Part shown: one piece after another, positions 42,024 to 51,847 of the stretch
Layout of the letters: the number at the start of each line of letters is the position of its first letter
How positions within the stretch are numbered: the stretch's first letter is position 1
Origin: Paracoccaceae bacterium
GTDB taxonomy: Bacteria; Pseudomonadota; Alphaproteobacteria; Rhodobacterales; Rhodobacteraceae
DNA length: 64,000 nucleotides
Assembly: GCA_026419405.1 (NCBI GenBank)
Contig: JANZZL010000005.1
Location: forward strand, 6,689-70,688
Direction of reading: 5' to 3'
The notes under the pieces: generated by a model
What the model saw: only the letters and a program-made list of their open reading frames with translations
Database searches by the model: none
What the model was told of the DNA's origin: nothing
Translations under genes and position numbers: made by a program

Positions 42024-43118
42024 TCAAGCGCGGTGCGCGAAAGCCAGCGTGGCGAGGCCGCCGGCGAGGCCGAGCGCGGCGGCGAAGGGCAGCACCGCGG
42101 CGGCGCTGCCCGCCAGCCCGATCGCCCCGGCCGCGACGGCCGGCAGCAGGATGGCGCCGATGTTCGCCGCCGCGACGATCAGCGCCGAGGCGCGCGGCCC
42201 GGTGCCGAGGTGGCCGGTGGCGGCGACGAAGTACGAGGGGAAGAGCAGGCCCGTCGCCGCCCCGATCGCGGCGTAGAAGGCGGCCGGCGGCAGCAGGCTC
42301 GCCAGCCCCGCAAGCCCCCCGGCCAGGCCGAAGCCGGCGGCCAGCAGCACGAGCGGCGCGAAGCGCCCGGCCAGCCAGAACAGCGCCACGCGCGCGCCGA
42401 GGAAGCAGGCGAAGAACGCCGAGGCCATCTCGGCCGCCCGGGTCTCGTCGAGCCCGCGCGCGACGAGCGCGGCGGGGCCGAGACCGATCAGCGCCGTCTC
42501 GAGCCCCACGGCCGCGGCGCCAAGCAGCAGCACGCCGGGCCGGCGCAGCGCGGGCGCGGCGGCGAGGTTCTGCACCGGCGTGCCCGCCGGGCCGGGCGTG
42601 GCCAGCGGCACCAGCGCCGCCATGGCGGCGGCGACGATGCCGAAGGCAAGGCCGGGCGCGCTGCCGAGCGCCACGAACATCAGCGGCGCGCCGATCGCGC
42701 CGAAGCCGAAGATGGCGTTGAGAAGCCCCACCATCGCCGGGCCGCGCGGCCCGGTCTCGAGCAGGAAGCGGCGGTTGAAGACCGCCGTCACCATCGCATA
42801 GCCCGCGCCCAGCACGGCCGCGCCCGCCAGCGTGACCGGCCAGCCCGCGCCCAGCGCGATCAGCCCCGCCCCCGCCGCGAGGAGCGAGAGCGCCAGCCGC
42901 GCCGAGGCGATGCCGAACAGGACCGACACCGCGAGCCCCGCCAGACCGCCGAGGTTGTGGGCGCTGACGATCAGCCCGGCCTCGGCCAGCCCGATGCCGT
43001 TCTGCCGGGCAAAGGCGGGCAGCGCCGGCCCGTAGAGCGCGACGGCCGCGCCGATCAGCACGAAGCTGGCCGATCCGGTCCAGAACAGGCGCGAGCGAAG
43101 CGCGGCGGCGAGGTCCAT
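42024..43118 (-). CDS. MFS transporter
   Basis: ATG at 43118 (MDLAAALRSRLFW). 364 aa, about 12 hydrophobic segments. The longer track ORF (to 43814) is an off-target extension. Confidence 0.75.
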   Translation of the reverse strand: MDLAAALRSRLFWTGSASFVLIGAAVALYGPALPAFARQNGIGLAEAGLIVSAHNLGGLAGLAVSVLFGIASARLALSLLAAGAGLIALGAGWPVTLAGAAVLGAGYAMVTAVFNRRFLLETGPRGPAMVGLLNAIFGFGAIGAPLMFVALGSAPGLAFGIVAAAMAALVPLATPGPAGTPVQNLAAAPALRRPGVLLLGAAAVGLETALIGLGPAALVARGLDETRAAEMASAFFACFLGARVALFWLAGRFAPLVLLAAGFGLAGGLAGLASLLPPAAFYAAIGAATGLLFPSYFVAATGHLGTGPRASALIVAAANIGAILLPAVAAGAIGLAGSAAAVLPFAAALGLAGGLATLAFAHRA

Positions 43119-43320
43119 GGGGCGGGGCTCCGGGAGGGGCGAGGGAGGCACGAGGGGCACAGGGCGCAGCCGGACCCCTCGGGGCCAGCCATGACCGGCC
43201 CGGCGGGGAAGGTCAAGACCGCGCCGGGCCCGAGGGAACGCGGCGGCGGGGTTGTGCGTTGCCTGCCCGTCGCGGGCGGGGATCGCACGGGCGGGGACAC
43301 GGGGGGATCGGGGCAGCGGC

Positions 43321-44430
43321 ATGGACGGGACGGCCGAAGCCAGCCCGGCAGGGCACATGGCACCGGGCACGGCGGCGGGCACGGCACCGGGCGCGGCGGC
43401 GGCGGATGCCGCGCGGCTCTGCATCCTGATGAACCCCGGTTCGGGCCGCAAGGGCGGCGACGGCGCCGGGGAAACGCTCGCCGACTGGGTGGCCGCGCGG
43501 GGCGGGGGGGCCGTGCTGCGGCTGATCGCGCCCGGCACCTCGCCTGCCGAGGCCGCGCGCGCGGCGGCAGGCGACGGCTTCGGCACCATCGTCGCGGCGG
43601 GCGGCGACGGCACGGTGGCCGGCGTGGCGGCGGGGCTGGTCGGGACCGGCCTGCGCCTGGGTGTCCTGCCGCTCGGCACCTTCAACTTCTTCGCCCGCGC
43701 CAACGGCATTCCCGAGTCGCTGCCCGAGGCGCTGGCGCTCCTGGAGCAGGGCCACGCCGAGCCGCGCGACGCAGCCTTCGTGAACGGCCGGCTGTTCCTC
43801 AACAACGCGAGCATCGGGATCTACCCGCGCATCCTGCTCGACCGCGAGGCGGTCTACCGCCGCTGGGGCCGAAGCCGAGTCGCGGCCTACTGGTCGGTGG
43901 TGCGCACCGTCGCGGGCTTCCGCCGCTCGCGCCGGCTGAAGGTGGTGGTGGACGGCCGCGCCCGGCGGGTGAAGACGCCGCTCGTCTTCGTGGCGTTCAA
44001 CGCCTTCCAGCTCGAGCATTTCGGGCTCGCCGGCGCCGACCGGGTGCGTCGGGGGGAATTCGCAGTGCTCGTGGCGCCCGACTGCGGGCGGTTCGGCCTG
44101 CTCGGCTTCGCGCTCCGGCTGCTTGTCCGGGGTCTGCGGCGCGGCAAGGACTTCGAGCTGCTCTGCGGGCGCGAGGTGGTGATCGACGCCGCCGACGGGC
44201 GCCACACCGACCGGCTGGTCGCCCGCGACGGCGAGAAGGAATGGATCGAGCCGCCGCTGACCCTGACGATCGCCCCCGGCGCGCTGACCGTGATCGTCCC
44301 GGCCGGGGGCGCGCCAGGTGAGGCACCAGGTGACGGGCCGGGGGACACGCCGGGGGACACGCCGGGAGACGCGCCGGGCGCGGGCGGCGGCGGCGCCGCA
44401 GGCGCGGACCGGGGGGCTGCCGCGCCGTGA
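43321..44430 (+). CDS. Diacylglycerol/lipid kinase family protein (YegS-like) with Gly/Pro-rich tail
   Basis: NPGSGRKGG and AAGGDGTVAGV (GGDGT) catalytic-domain motifs. The start at 43321 is tentative. The C-terminal tail is GEAPGDGPGDTPGDTPGDAPG. Confidence 0.75.
   Translation: MDGTAEASPAGHMAPGTAAGTAPGAAAADAARLCILMNPGSGRKGGDGAGETLADWVAARGGGAVLRLIAPGTSPAEAARAAAGDGFGTIVAAGGDGTVAGVAAGLVGTGLRLGVLPLGTFNFFARANGIPESLPEALALLEQGHAEPRDAAFVNGRLFLNNASIGIYPRILLDREAVYRRWGRSRVAAYWSVVRTVAGFRRSRRLKVVVDGRARRVKTPLVFVAFNAFQLEHFGLAGADRVRRGEFAVLVAPDCGRFGLLGFALRLLVRGLRRGKDFELLCGREVVIDAADGRHTDRLVARDGEKEWIEPPLTLTIAPGALTVIVPAGGAPGEAPGDGPGDTPGDTPGDAPGAGGGGAAGADRGAAAP
44317..44376 (+). repeat. Five tandem 12-bp units encoding G-(E/D)-x-P
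   Basis: The units are ggtgaggcacca, ggtgacgggccg, ggggacacgccg, ggggacacgccg, ggagacgcgccg, at the 3' end of the lipid kinase gene. Confidence 0.8.
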
Positions 44431-45302
44431 GACGCATCGCCCATCTCTCGGACCTGCACTTCGGCACCGAGCCGGACGGGCTGGCGGAAAGCCTGCTTGC
44501 CGGCCTCGCCCGGCTTGCGCCCGACCTCGTGGTGGTCACGGGAGACCTCACCCAGCGGGCGCGGGCCTGGCAGTTCCGCCGGGCGCGGGCCTTCCTCGAG
44601 GCGCTGCCCGCGCCCTGGCTGGCGGTGCCGGGCAACCACGACGTGCCGCTCTTCAACCTGCCGGCGCGTCTGCTCGCCCCCTTCGCGGGCTACCGGCGCC
44701 ACATCGCGCGCGATCCCGCGCCGGGGCACGGGGACGCCGAGATCGAGCTTGCGGGGGTGAACACGGTCAACCCCTGGGTCTGGCAGGCCGGGCGCTTTGC
44801 CGACGCCGAGGCGCGGCGCGTCTGCGCCCGCTTCGCCCGCGCGCGGGGGCGGCTGAGGATCGTGGCGATGCACCACCCGCTCGTGCACGGGCCGCAGGTG
44901 ACCAAGCGCCTGATGGCGGGCGCGCCGCAGGCGCTCTCCGCGCTGGCGGCCTGCGGCGCCGACGTGGTGCTCTGCGGCCACCTCCATGCCTGGGCGGCCG
45001 CGCCGATGACCGCGCGCGGGGGTTCCCGCGAGATCCTGATGGTGCAGGCAGGCACCGCGCTTTCCACCCGCCTGCGCGGCGAGGCGAACGACTTCAACCT
45101 GCTGACCGTCGAGGGTGCCGACCTGACCGTGGAGCGCCATGCCGCGGGCGACGACCTGCGCTTCCGACCCGACCGGCTGGACCGCTTCCGCCGCGAGGGG
45201 GATCTGTGGATCCCTCAGGTCCAGTCGAGCACGACCTTGCCCGAGGCGCCCGAGCGCATCACCTCGAAGCCGCGGGCGAAGTCCTCGGCCTTCATGCGGT
45301 GA
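44427..45302 (+). CDS. Metallophosphoesterase (calcineurin-like)
   Basis: GTGA overlap with the lipid kinase stop. Has [23 protein letters not shown] and MHHPL motifs. The 3' end overlaps convergent tdh by 88 nt. Confidence 0.75.
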   Translation: MRRIAHLSDLHFGTEPDGLAESLLAGLARLAPDLVVVTGDLTQRARAWQFRRARAFLEALPAPWLAVPGNHDVPLFNLPARLLAPFAGYRRHIARDPAPGHGDAEIELAGVNTVNPWVWQAGRFADAEARRVCARFARARGRLRIVAMHHPLVHGPQVTKRLMAGAPQALSALAACGADVVLCGHLHAWAAAPMTARGGSREILMVQAGTALSTRLRGEANDFNLLTVEGADLTVERHAAGDDLRFRPDRLDRFRREGDLWIPQVQSSTTLPEAPERITSKPRAKSSAFMR

Positions 45303-46252
45303 GTGATCACGCCGCGCACGTCGAGCCCGTTCTGGAGCATGGCGATCATCTTGTACCAGGTCTCGAAGATCTCGCGGCCGTAGACGCCCTTGATCGTGAT
45401 CGCCTTGAACACGATTCGGCTCCAGTCCACCGGCGACTTGCCGGGCGGGATGCCGAGGAGCGCGATGCGCCCGCCCATCACCATGTTCTCCACCATCTGG
45501 TCGAGCGCGGCCTGGCTGCCCGACATCTCCATGCCGACGTCGAAGCCCTCCTTCATCCCCAGCGCGCCCTCGACCTCGCGCAGGTCCTGCCGGGCGACGT
45601 TCACCGGCACCACGTCGGCCACCCGCGCGGCGAGGTCGAGCCGGTCCTGGTTGATGTCGGTGATCACCACGTGCCGGGCGCCGACGTGGCGGGCGACGGC
45701 GGCGGCCATGATGCCGATCGGCCCCGCGCCGGTGATGAGCACGTCCTCGCCCACGAGGTCGAAGCTGAGCGCGGTGTGCACGGCGTTGCCGAGCGGGTCG
45801 AGGATGGCGCCGATCTCGTCGTCGATGTCGTCGGGCAGCGGCACGACGTTGAAGGCGGGCAGGCGCAGGTATTCGGCAAACGCGCCGGGTTCGTTGACGC
45901 CGATGCCGCGCGTCTCGGGGTCGAGGTGGAAGCGGCCCGACCGGCTCTGGCGCGAGTGCCGCCCGATCAGGTGCCCCTCGCCCGAGCAGCGCTGGCCGAC
46001 CGCGACGTCGGTGACGTTGCGGCCGACCTCCACCACCACGCCCGCAAATTCGTGCCCGGTGACGAGGGGCACGGGCACGGTGCGGCGTGCCCAGTCGTCC
46101 CAGTTCCAGATGTGCACGTCGGTGCCGCAGATCCCGGTCTTGTGCACCCGGATCAGCACGTCGTCGGGGCCGATCCGGGGGATCGGGCGGGTCTCCATCC
46201 AGAGGCCCGGCTCGGGGCGGGACTTGGCAAGCACCTTCATCTCGTTGGTCAT
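45215..46252 (-). CDS. tdh: L-threonine 3-dehydrogenase
   Basis: 345 aa. Zn-dependent MDR ([31 protein letters not shown]). ATGA-coupled to kbl. Confidence 0.92.
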   Translation of the reverse strand: MTNEMKVLAKSRPEPGLWMETRPIPRIGPDDVLIRVHKTGICGTDVHIWNWDDWARRTVPVPLVTGHEFAGVVVEVGRNVTDVAVGQRCSGEGHLIGRHSRQSRSGRFHLDPETRGIGVNEPGAFAEYLRLPAFNVVPLPDDIDDEIGAILDPLGNAVHTALSFDLVGEDVLITGAGPIGIMAAAVARHVGARHVVITDINQDRLDLAARVADVVPVNVARQDLREVEGALGMKEGFDVGMEMSGSQAALDQMVENMVMGGRIALLGIPPGKSPVDWSRIVFKAITIKGVYGREIFETWYKMIAMLQNGLDVRGVITHRMKAEDFARGFEVMRSGASGKVVLDWT

Positions 46253-47445
46253 GGCAGGACTCCGCTGGCGCGGCCGGCGCGCGCGAAGGCGGCGAGCGCG
46301 GCGTCGAGGTCCTCGGGGGCGAGAGCGGCCGACATCTGGGTGCGGATCCGCGCCCTGCCCTTCGGCACCACGGGGAAGGAGAAGCCGGGGGCATAGACGC
46401 CCTCGGCGAAGAGCCGCGCGGCGAAATCCTGGGCAAGGCGCGCCTCGCCGAGCATGACCGGCACAATGGGGTGGCTCCCGGGCAGCAGCTCGAAGCCGAG
46501 CCCGGCGAGCCCCGCGCGCCAGCGGGCGGCGTTCGCGGCGAGGCGGGCGCGGAGCGCCTCGCCCTCCGCCCCCTCGACGAGGTCGAGCGCGGCGAGCGCG
46601 GCGGCGCAGACCGGCGGCGGCAGCGCGTTCGAGAACAGGTAGGGCCGCGCCCGCTGGCGCAGCAGGTCAATGACCGGCTGCGGCCCCGCGACATAGCCGC
46701 CAAGCGCGCCGCCGAGCGCCTTGCCGAAGGTGCCGCTCAGGACGTGCACGCCTTCCGCCACGCCGAAGTGGTGCGGCGTGCCCCGGCCCTGCGGCCCGAT
46801 GAAGCCGGTGGCGTGGCAGTCGTCGACCATCACCAGCGCGTCGTGTTCGGCGGCGAGGCGCACGATCCCGGGGAGCGGCGCGAGGTGCCCGTCCATCGAG
46901 AACACGCCGTCGGTGGCGATCACCAGATGCCGCGCACCGTCGGCCCGCGCGGCGCGGAGCTGGCGGGCGAGGTCGTCCATGTCGCAATTCGCGTAGCGGT
47001 AGCGCCGCGCCTTGCTCAGGCGGATGCCGTCGATGATGCTGGCGTGGTTCAGGGCATCCGAGATCACCGCGTCCTCGGGGCCGAGGAGCGGCTCGAAGAG
47101 CCCGCCGTTGGCGTCGAAGCAGGCCGCGAACAGGATCGCGTCGTCCTTGCCGAGGAAGGCGGCCAGCCGCTCCTCGAGCGCGCGGTGCAGGTCCTGCGTG
47201 CCGCAGATGAAGCGGACCGAGGCCATGCCGAAGCCGCGGTCGTCGAGCGCGGCCTTCGCCGCCGCGACCAGCGCGGGGTGGTTGGCCAGCCCGAGATAGT
47301 TGTTGGCCGAAAGGTTCAGCACGTCGCGCCCGCCGATCGTGACGTGACCGCCCTGCGGCGAGGTGATGAGCCGCTCGCGCTTGGTCAGCCCCTCGGCCTC
47401 GATCCCGGCGAGCGTCGCGCGGATGTGGTCGAGCAGGGCCTGCAT
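46249..47445 (-). CDS. kbl: Glycine C-acetyltransferase (2-amino-3-ketobutyrate CoA ligase)
   Basis: 398 aa. Alpha-oxoamine synthase family ([23 protein letters not shown]-Lys region). Confidence 0.92.
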   Translation of the reverse strand: MQALLDHIRATLAGIEAEGLTKRERLITSPQGGHVTIGGRDVLNLSANNYLGLANHPALVAAAKAALDDRGFGMASVRFICGTQDLHRALEERLAAFLGKDDAILFAACFDANGGLFEPLLGPEDAVISDALNHASIIDGIRLSKARRYRYANCDMDDLARQLRAARADGARHLVIATDGVFSMDGHLAPLPGIVRLAAEHDALVMVDDCHATGFIGPQGRGTPHHFGVAEGVHVLSGTFGKALGGALGGYVAGPQPVIDLLRQRARPYLFSNALPPPVCAAALAALDLVEGAEGEALRARLAANAARWRAGLAGLGFELLPGSHPIVPVMLGEARLAQDFAARLFAEGVYAPGFSFPVVPKGRARIRTQMSAALAPEDLDAALAAFARAGRASGVLP

Positions 47446-47499
47446 CGCCTATCCTCCCTGGCACAGCCTAAGGACAACCCCCGCAGGAAAGAAGCCCCG

Positions 47500-48066
47500 A
47501 TGCGACAGGAACCCGTCCCGCAGCGACCGGCGGCCCGCGCCGCCGGCCGCGCCCTCACCGGCGCCCTCACCGCCGCCCTAACCGGCGCCCTCACCGCCGC
47601 CCGAACCGCCGCCCTCGCCGCGGCCCTCGCCCTTCCCCTGCCCGCGGCCGCCGAGGAGATCGCCGAAATCGGCGTGGACTGGATCGGCAACGACATCATC
47701 GTCGAGGCGCTGGAGGACCCTAAGGTGCAGGGCGTCACCTGCCACATCGCCTACTTCGAACGTTCGGTGATCGACCGGCTGAGCCAGGGCAACTGGTTCG
47801 AGGACCCTTCGAATGCCTCGATCGCCTGCCGCCAGACCGGGCCGATCGTGCTCGGCGACATCGAGCGGGACGCCGACGGGGAGGAGGTGTTCCGCGAGGG
47901 GCGGTCGCTCGTCTTCAAGTCGCTCCGCGTCAAGCGGATCTTCGATGCCCGGCGCCAGACGCTGGTCTACCTGGTGCATGCCGCCGAGCTGACGCAGGGC
48001 TCGGCCAAGATGGCGATCTCGTCGGTGCCGCTCTGGGGCACCGAGGCCTGGGCGCCCCCCGATTGA
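47500..48066 (+). CDS. CreA family protein (secreted)
   Basis: Ala/Leu/Thr-rich repetitive signal region, then GNDIIVEALEDPKVQGVTCHIAYFERSVIDRLSQGNWFEDPSNASIACRQTGPI, typical CreA. Confidence 0.8.
   Translation: MRQEPVPQRPAARAAGRALTGALTAALTGALTAARTAALAAALALPLPAAAEEIAEIGVDWIGNDIIVEALEDPKVQGVTCHIAYFERSVIDRLSQGNWFEDPSNASIACRQTGPIVLGDIERDADGEEVFREGRSLVFKSLRVKRIFDARRQTLVYLVHAAELTQGSAKMAISSVPLWGTEAWAPPD
47554..47625 (+). repeat. Tandem 24-bp repeat (two near-perfect units plus one degenerate) in the CreA signal-peptide region
   Basis: ctcaccggcgccctcaccgccgcc / ctaaccggcgccctcaccgccgcc / cgaaccgccgccctcgccgcggcc, encoding LTGALTAA LTGALTAA RTAALAAA. Confidence 0.75.
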
Positions 48067-48109
48067 ATCCGGCGCCGTTCCGTGCCTTGCTGCGGCAGCG
48101 ACGGAGGCG

Positions 48110-48562
48110 GTGGGAGCGGTGACGGACAGCGTGCGGTTCAACCTCGACGACTTCCTGCCCTACCGGCTGACGGTGGCGGCGGGGCGGCTCAGCCGCGAGT
48201 TCTCGCAGCGCTACCGCGAGAAGTTCGGCATCTCGATCCCCGAATGGCGGGTGGTGGCGCACCTGTCGCAGGCGGGCGCGGTCAGCGTGCGCGAGATCCA
48301 CGCCCGCGTGGACATGGACAAGTCGAAGGTCAGCCGCGCCGCGGCGCGGCTGGAGGCGGCGGGCTATGTCGAGAAGCGGGTCAACCCTGCCGACCGGCGG
48401 CTGGTCGAGCTGCGCCTGACCGCGCGCGGCCACGCGATGATGGCCGAGCTTGCGGTCGTGGCCGACGACTTCCAGCGCGAGCTGCTCGCGCGCCTCGGCG
48501 AGGGCGGCGCGGACTTCGCGCAGGCGCTCGCCCGGATCGCCCCGGAGCCCGCCCGTGGCTGA
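48110..48562 (+). CDS. MarR family transcriptional regulator
   Basis: 150 aa. Winged-helix region (EWRVVAHLSQAGAVSVREIHARVDMDKSKVSRAAARLEAAGYVEKRVNPADRRLVEL). Confidence 0.85.
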   Translation: MGAVTDSVRFNLDDFLPYRLTVAAGRLSREFSQRYREKFGISIPEWRVVAHLSQAGAVSVREIHARVDMDKSKVSRAAARLEAAGYVEKRVNPADRRLVELRLTARGHAMMAELAVVADDFQRELLARLGEGGADFAQALARIAPEPARG

Positions 48563-49214
48563 GCCGCGCCGCCTGCCGGGGGCCGTGATCTTCGACTGCG
48601 ACGGCGTGCTGGTGGACAGCGAGCCCGCGACCGAGGAGGTGATCATGGCCAACCTCGCCCGGCACGGCCTGCCGCTCGACCGTGCCGCCTACCGCGCGAT
48701 GGCGCTGGGTGGCACGATGCGGATGGTGGGCGAGGCCGCCGCGGCGCGCGGGGCCTCGATCCCCGAAGGCTGGGTGGAGGCCGCCTACCGGGAGATGTTC
48801 GCGCGCCTCAGCGAGGGGGTGGCGCCGATCCCCGGCGTGGTGGCGCTGCTCGACGCGCTCGACGCCGCCGGGGTGCCCTACGCGGTCGCCTCGAACGGCC
48901 CGCGCGAGAAGATGGCGATCACGCTCGGCCAGACCGGGCTCTGGCCGCGGTTCGAGGGGCGGATCCTCTCGGCCCACGAGGAGGGGGTGGCCAAGCCCGA
49001 TCCGGGGCTGTTCCTGAACGCGGCGGCCCGGCTCGGGCGGGCGCCGCAGGACTGCGTGGTGATCGAGGACAGCCCCGCAGGCGCCGCTGCCGCGCGCGCC
49101 GCAGGCATGCGCTGCCTCGGCTTCGCGCCCGAGGGCGAGGGGGCGGCGCTGGCCGCGCTGGGCGCCACCGTCGTGCGCAGCATGGCCGAGGCGGCCCGCG
49201 AACTGGGCCTGTGA
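48555..49214 (+). CDS. HAD family hydrolase (phosphatase-like)
   Basis: Probable GTG at 48555, overlapping the marR 3' end by 8 nt. Has DCDGVLVDSE motif I, ASNG motif II and EDSPAG motif IV regions. Confidence 0.8.
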   Translation: MAEPRRLPGAVIFDCDGVLVDSEPATEEVIMANLARHGLPLDRAAYRAMALGGTMRMVGEAAAARGASIPEGWVEAAYREMFARLSEGVAPIPGVVALLDALDAAGVPYAVASNGPREKMAITLGQTGLWPRFEGRILSAHEEGVAKPDPGLFLNAAARLGRAPQDCVVIEDSPAGAAAARAAGMRCLGFAPEGEGAALAALGATVVRSMAEAARELGL

Positions 49215-49554
49215 CCGCGCCGCCCGGCGCCCGCCGCGCCTGCGGCCCGACCCCGGCCGCGGCCGGGCCGATCGGGCATTGACTTCCCGCCCCCGGCGGG
49301 CGATGCAGGCGCCACCCCAGGGCCCCCCGTTCGCGTGAGCGGGGTCCGCGCCAGGCGCGCGGCAGGCCGGGGAAGGGCTTCGGCCCGCAACGAGCTTCCA
49401 CCGTCACGCGAGGGAGGCGACGGCCGGACGGCACCCCGGGCATGCGGCCCGCGGCGCGAGGACCGGCCGCACCCGAACGCATCCGCCCCGCCGCGCCCGC
49501 GGTGCCGGGCGCACCCCTCCGACCGGGCCCGAGGGCCCGAACCGAAAGACAGAC

Positions 49555-50784
<1,230 letters not shown>

Positions 50785-50965
50785 CGGCCCGGCGGCGGCC
50801 GGTCGGGCGCGGGAGGGCGGCGACGGCGCCGCGCCGCCCCCCGGCCGCAGTGGGGGAGGGCGGAGGTCGGGGCAACGCGCCGCCGGGCGTCGCGCCGCCG
50901 CCCGGTCCCTTGCGCTCGCTGCGCCGGCGCGCCTTGATGCGGCGCAAGCCCGCACGAGGACCGAG

Positions 50966-51832
50966 ATGCCGCACGACACCCCCGCCCCGCCCCCCGATGC
51001 CGAGGCCCGCCGCGCCGTGGCCCCGGTGATCTGCTACCCGGTCGAGACCCTGCCGGTTCCCGACCTTGCCGCCTATCGCGCCGCCCGCGCCACGGCGCGC
51101 AAGACCGGCGAGGTGCTGGTGCCGCCGCGCGAGGGGCGCTGCTTCCGGGTGCCGGCGGGGCACTTCTTCCGCATCACCTGCGTGGGCGGGCCGCAGGTCG
51201 GCGACCTGAACCTGTGGAACGCCGCCGACCTTTCGGAGCGCTTCTATTCCGGCAAGACGCGCGCCTTGCACGGCTCGCACCTGAGCACGGGCGACCGGAT
51301 GTGGTCCGCCCTGCCCTTCCTGCGGCCGATGGCGACGATCGTGGCGGACACGCTCGGCTGGTATGGCATCGACCCCTTCGGCGGCAGCGTGCACGACGTG
51401 ATCGGCACGCGCTGCGATCCCTACACGCACCGGCTGCTCTCGGGGGGCGACTACCACCACTGCTGCCATTCCAACCTGACGCGGGCGCTCGCCGACGCGA
51501 CCGGCCTGCCGCTGGCCGAGGCGGAGATGCATGTCCACGACGTGCTCAACGTCTTCATGTGCACCGGCTTCACCCGCGACACGGGGCAGTATTTCATGAA
51601 GGCCTCGCCGGTGCGGCCGGGCGATCACCTGGAGTTCCTGGCCGAGATCGACCTTCTGGGCGCGCTCTCGGCCTGCCCCGGCGGCGACTGCTCGGCGGAA
51701 CATTCCTCGGATGCGGCCGCCTGCTTCCCGCTGCTGGTCGAGACCTTCGCCCCCGAGGCCCCGCCCGCCGGCTGGGCGCCCCCGGCCCCGAACGGCTACG
51801 GGCGCAGCCACGGGCGGCGCGACGGGCGCTGA
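50966..51832 (+). CDS. DUF1989 (urea carboxylase-associated-like) family protein
   Basis: 288 aa. VPPREGRCFRVPAGHFFRI..GPQVGDLNLWN..CCHSNL..NVFMCTGF resembles DUF1989 from memory. Confidence 0.7.
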   Translation: MPHDTPAPPPDAEARRAVAPVICYPVETLPVPDLAAYRAARATARKTGEVLVPPREGRCFRVPAGHFFRITCVGGPQVGDLNLWNAADLSERFYSGKTRALHGSHLSTGDRMWSALPFLRPMATIVADTLGWYGIDPFGGSVHDVIGTRCDPYTHRLLSGGDYHHCCHSNLTRALADATGLPLAEAEMHVHDVLNVFMCTGFTRDTGQYFMKASPVRPGDHLEFLAEIDLLGALSACPGGDCSAEHSSDAAACFPLLVETFAPEAPPAGWAPPAPNGYGRSHGRRDGR

Positions 51833-51847
51833 GCCTCGCCCGGCGCG

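Noticed and set aside
43119-43814. An N-terminal extension of the MFS ORF to 43814, and the G-run-rich divergent spacer 43119-43320 as a possible G-quadruplex regulatory element.
   Set aside because: MFS homology and hydrophobicity begin at the ATG at 43118. G-runs of 4-6 are frequent throughout this GC-rich window, so I cannot distinguish this spacer from background without statistics.
44317-47625. The tandem repeats at 44317-44376 and 47554-47625 as CRISPR-like arrays.
   Set aside because: The units are 12 and 24 bp, contiguous without spacers and in-frame within coding sequence. There are no cas genes.
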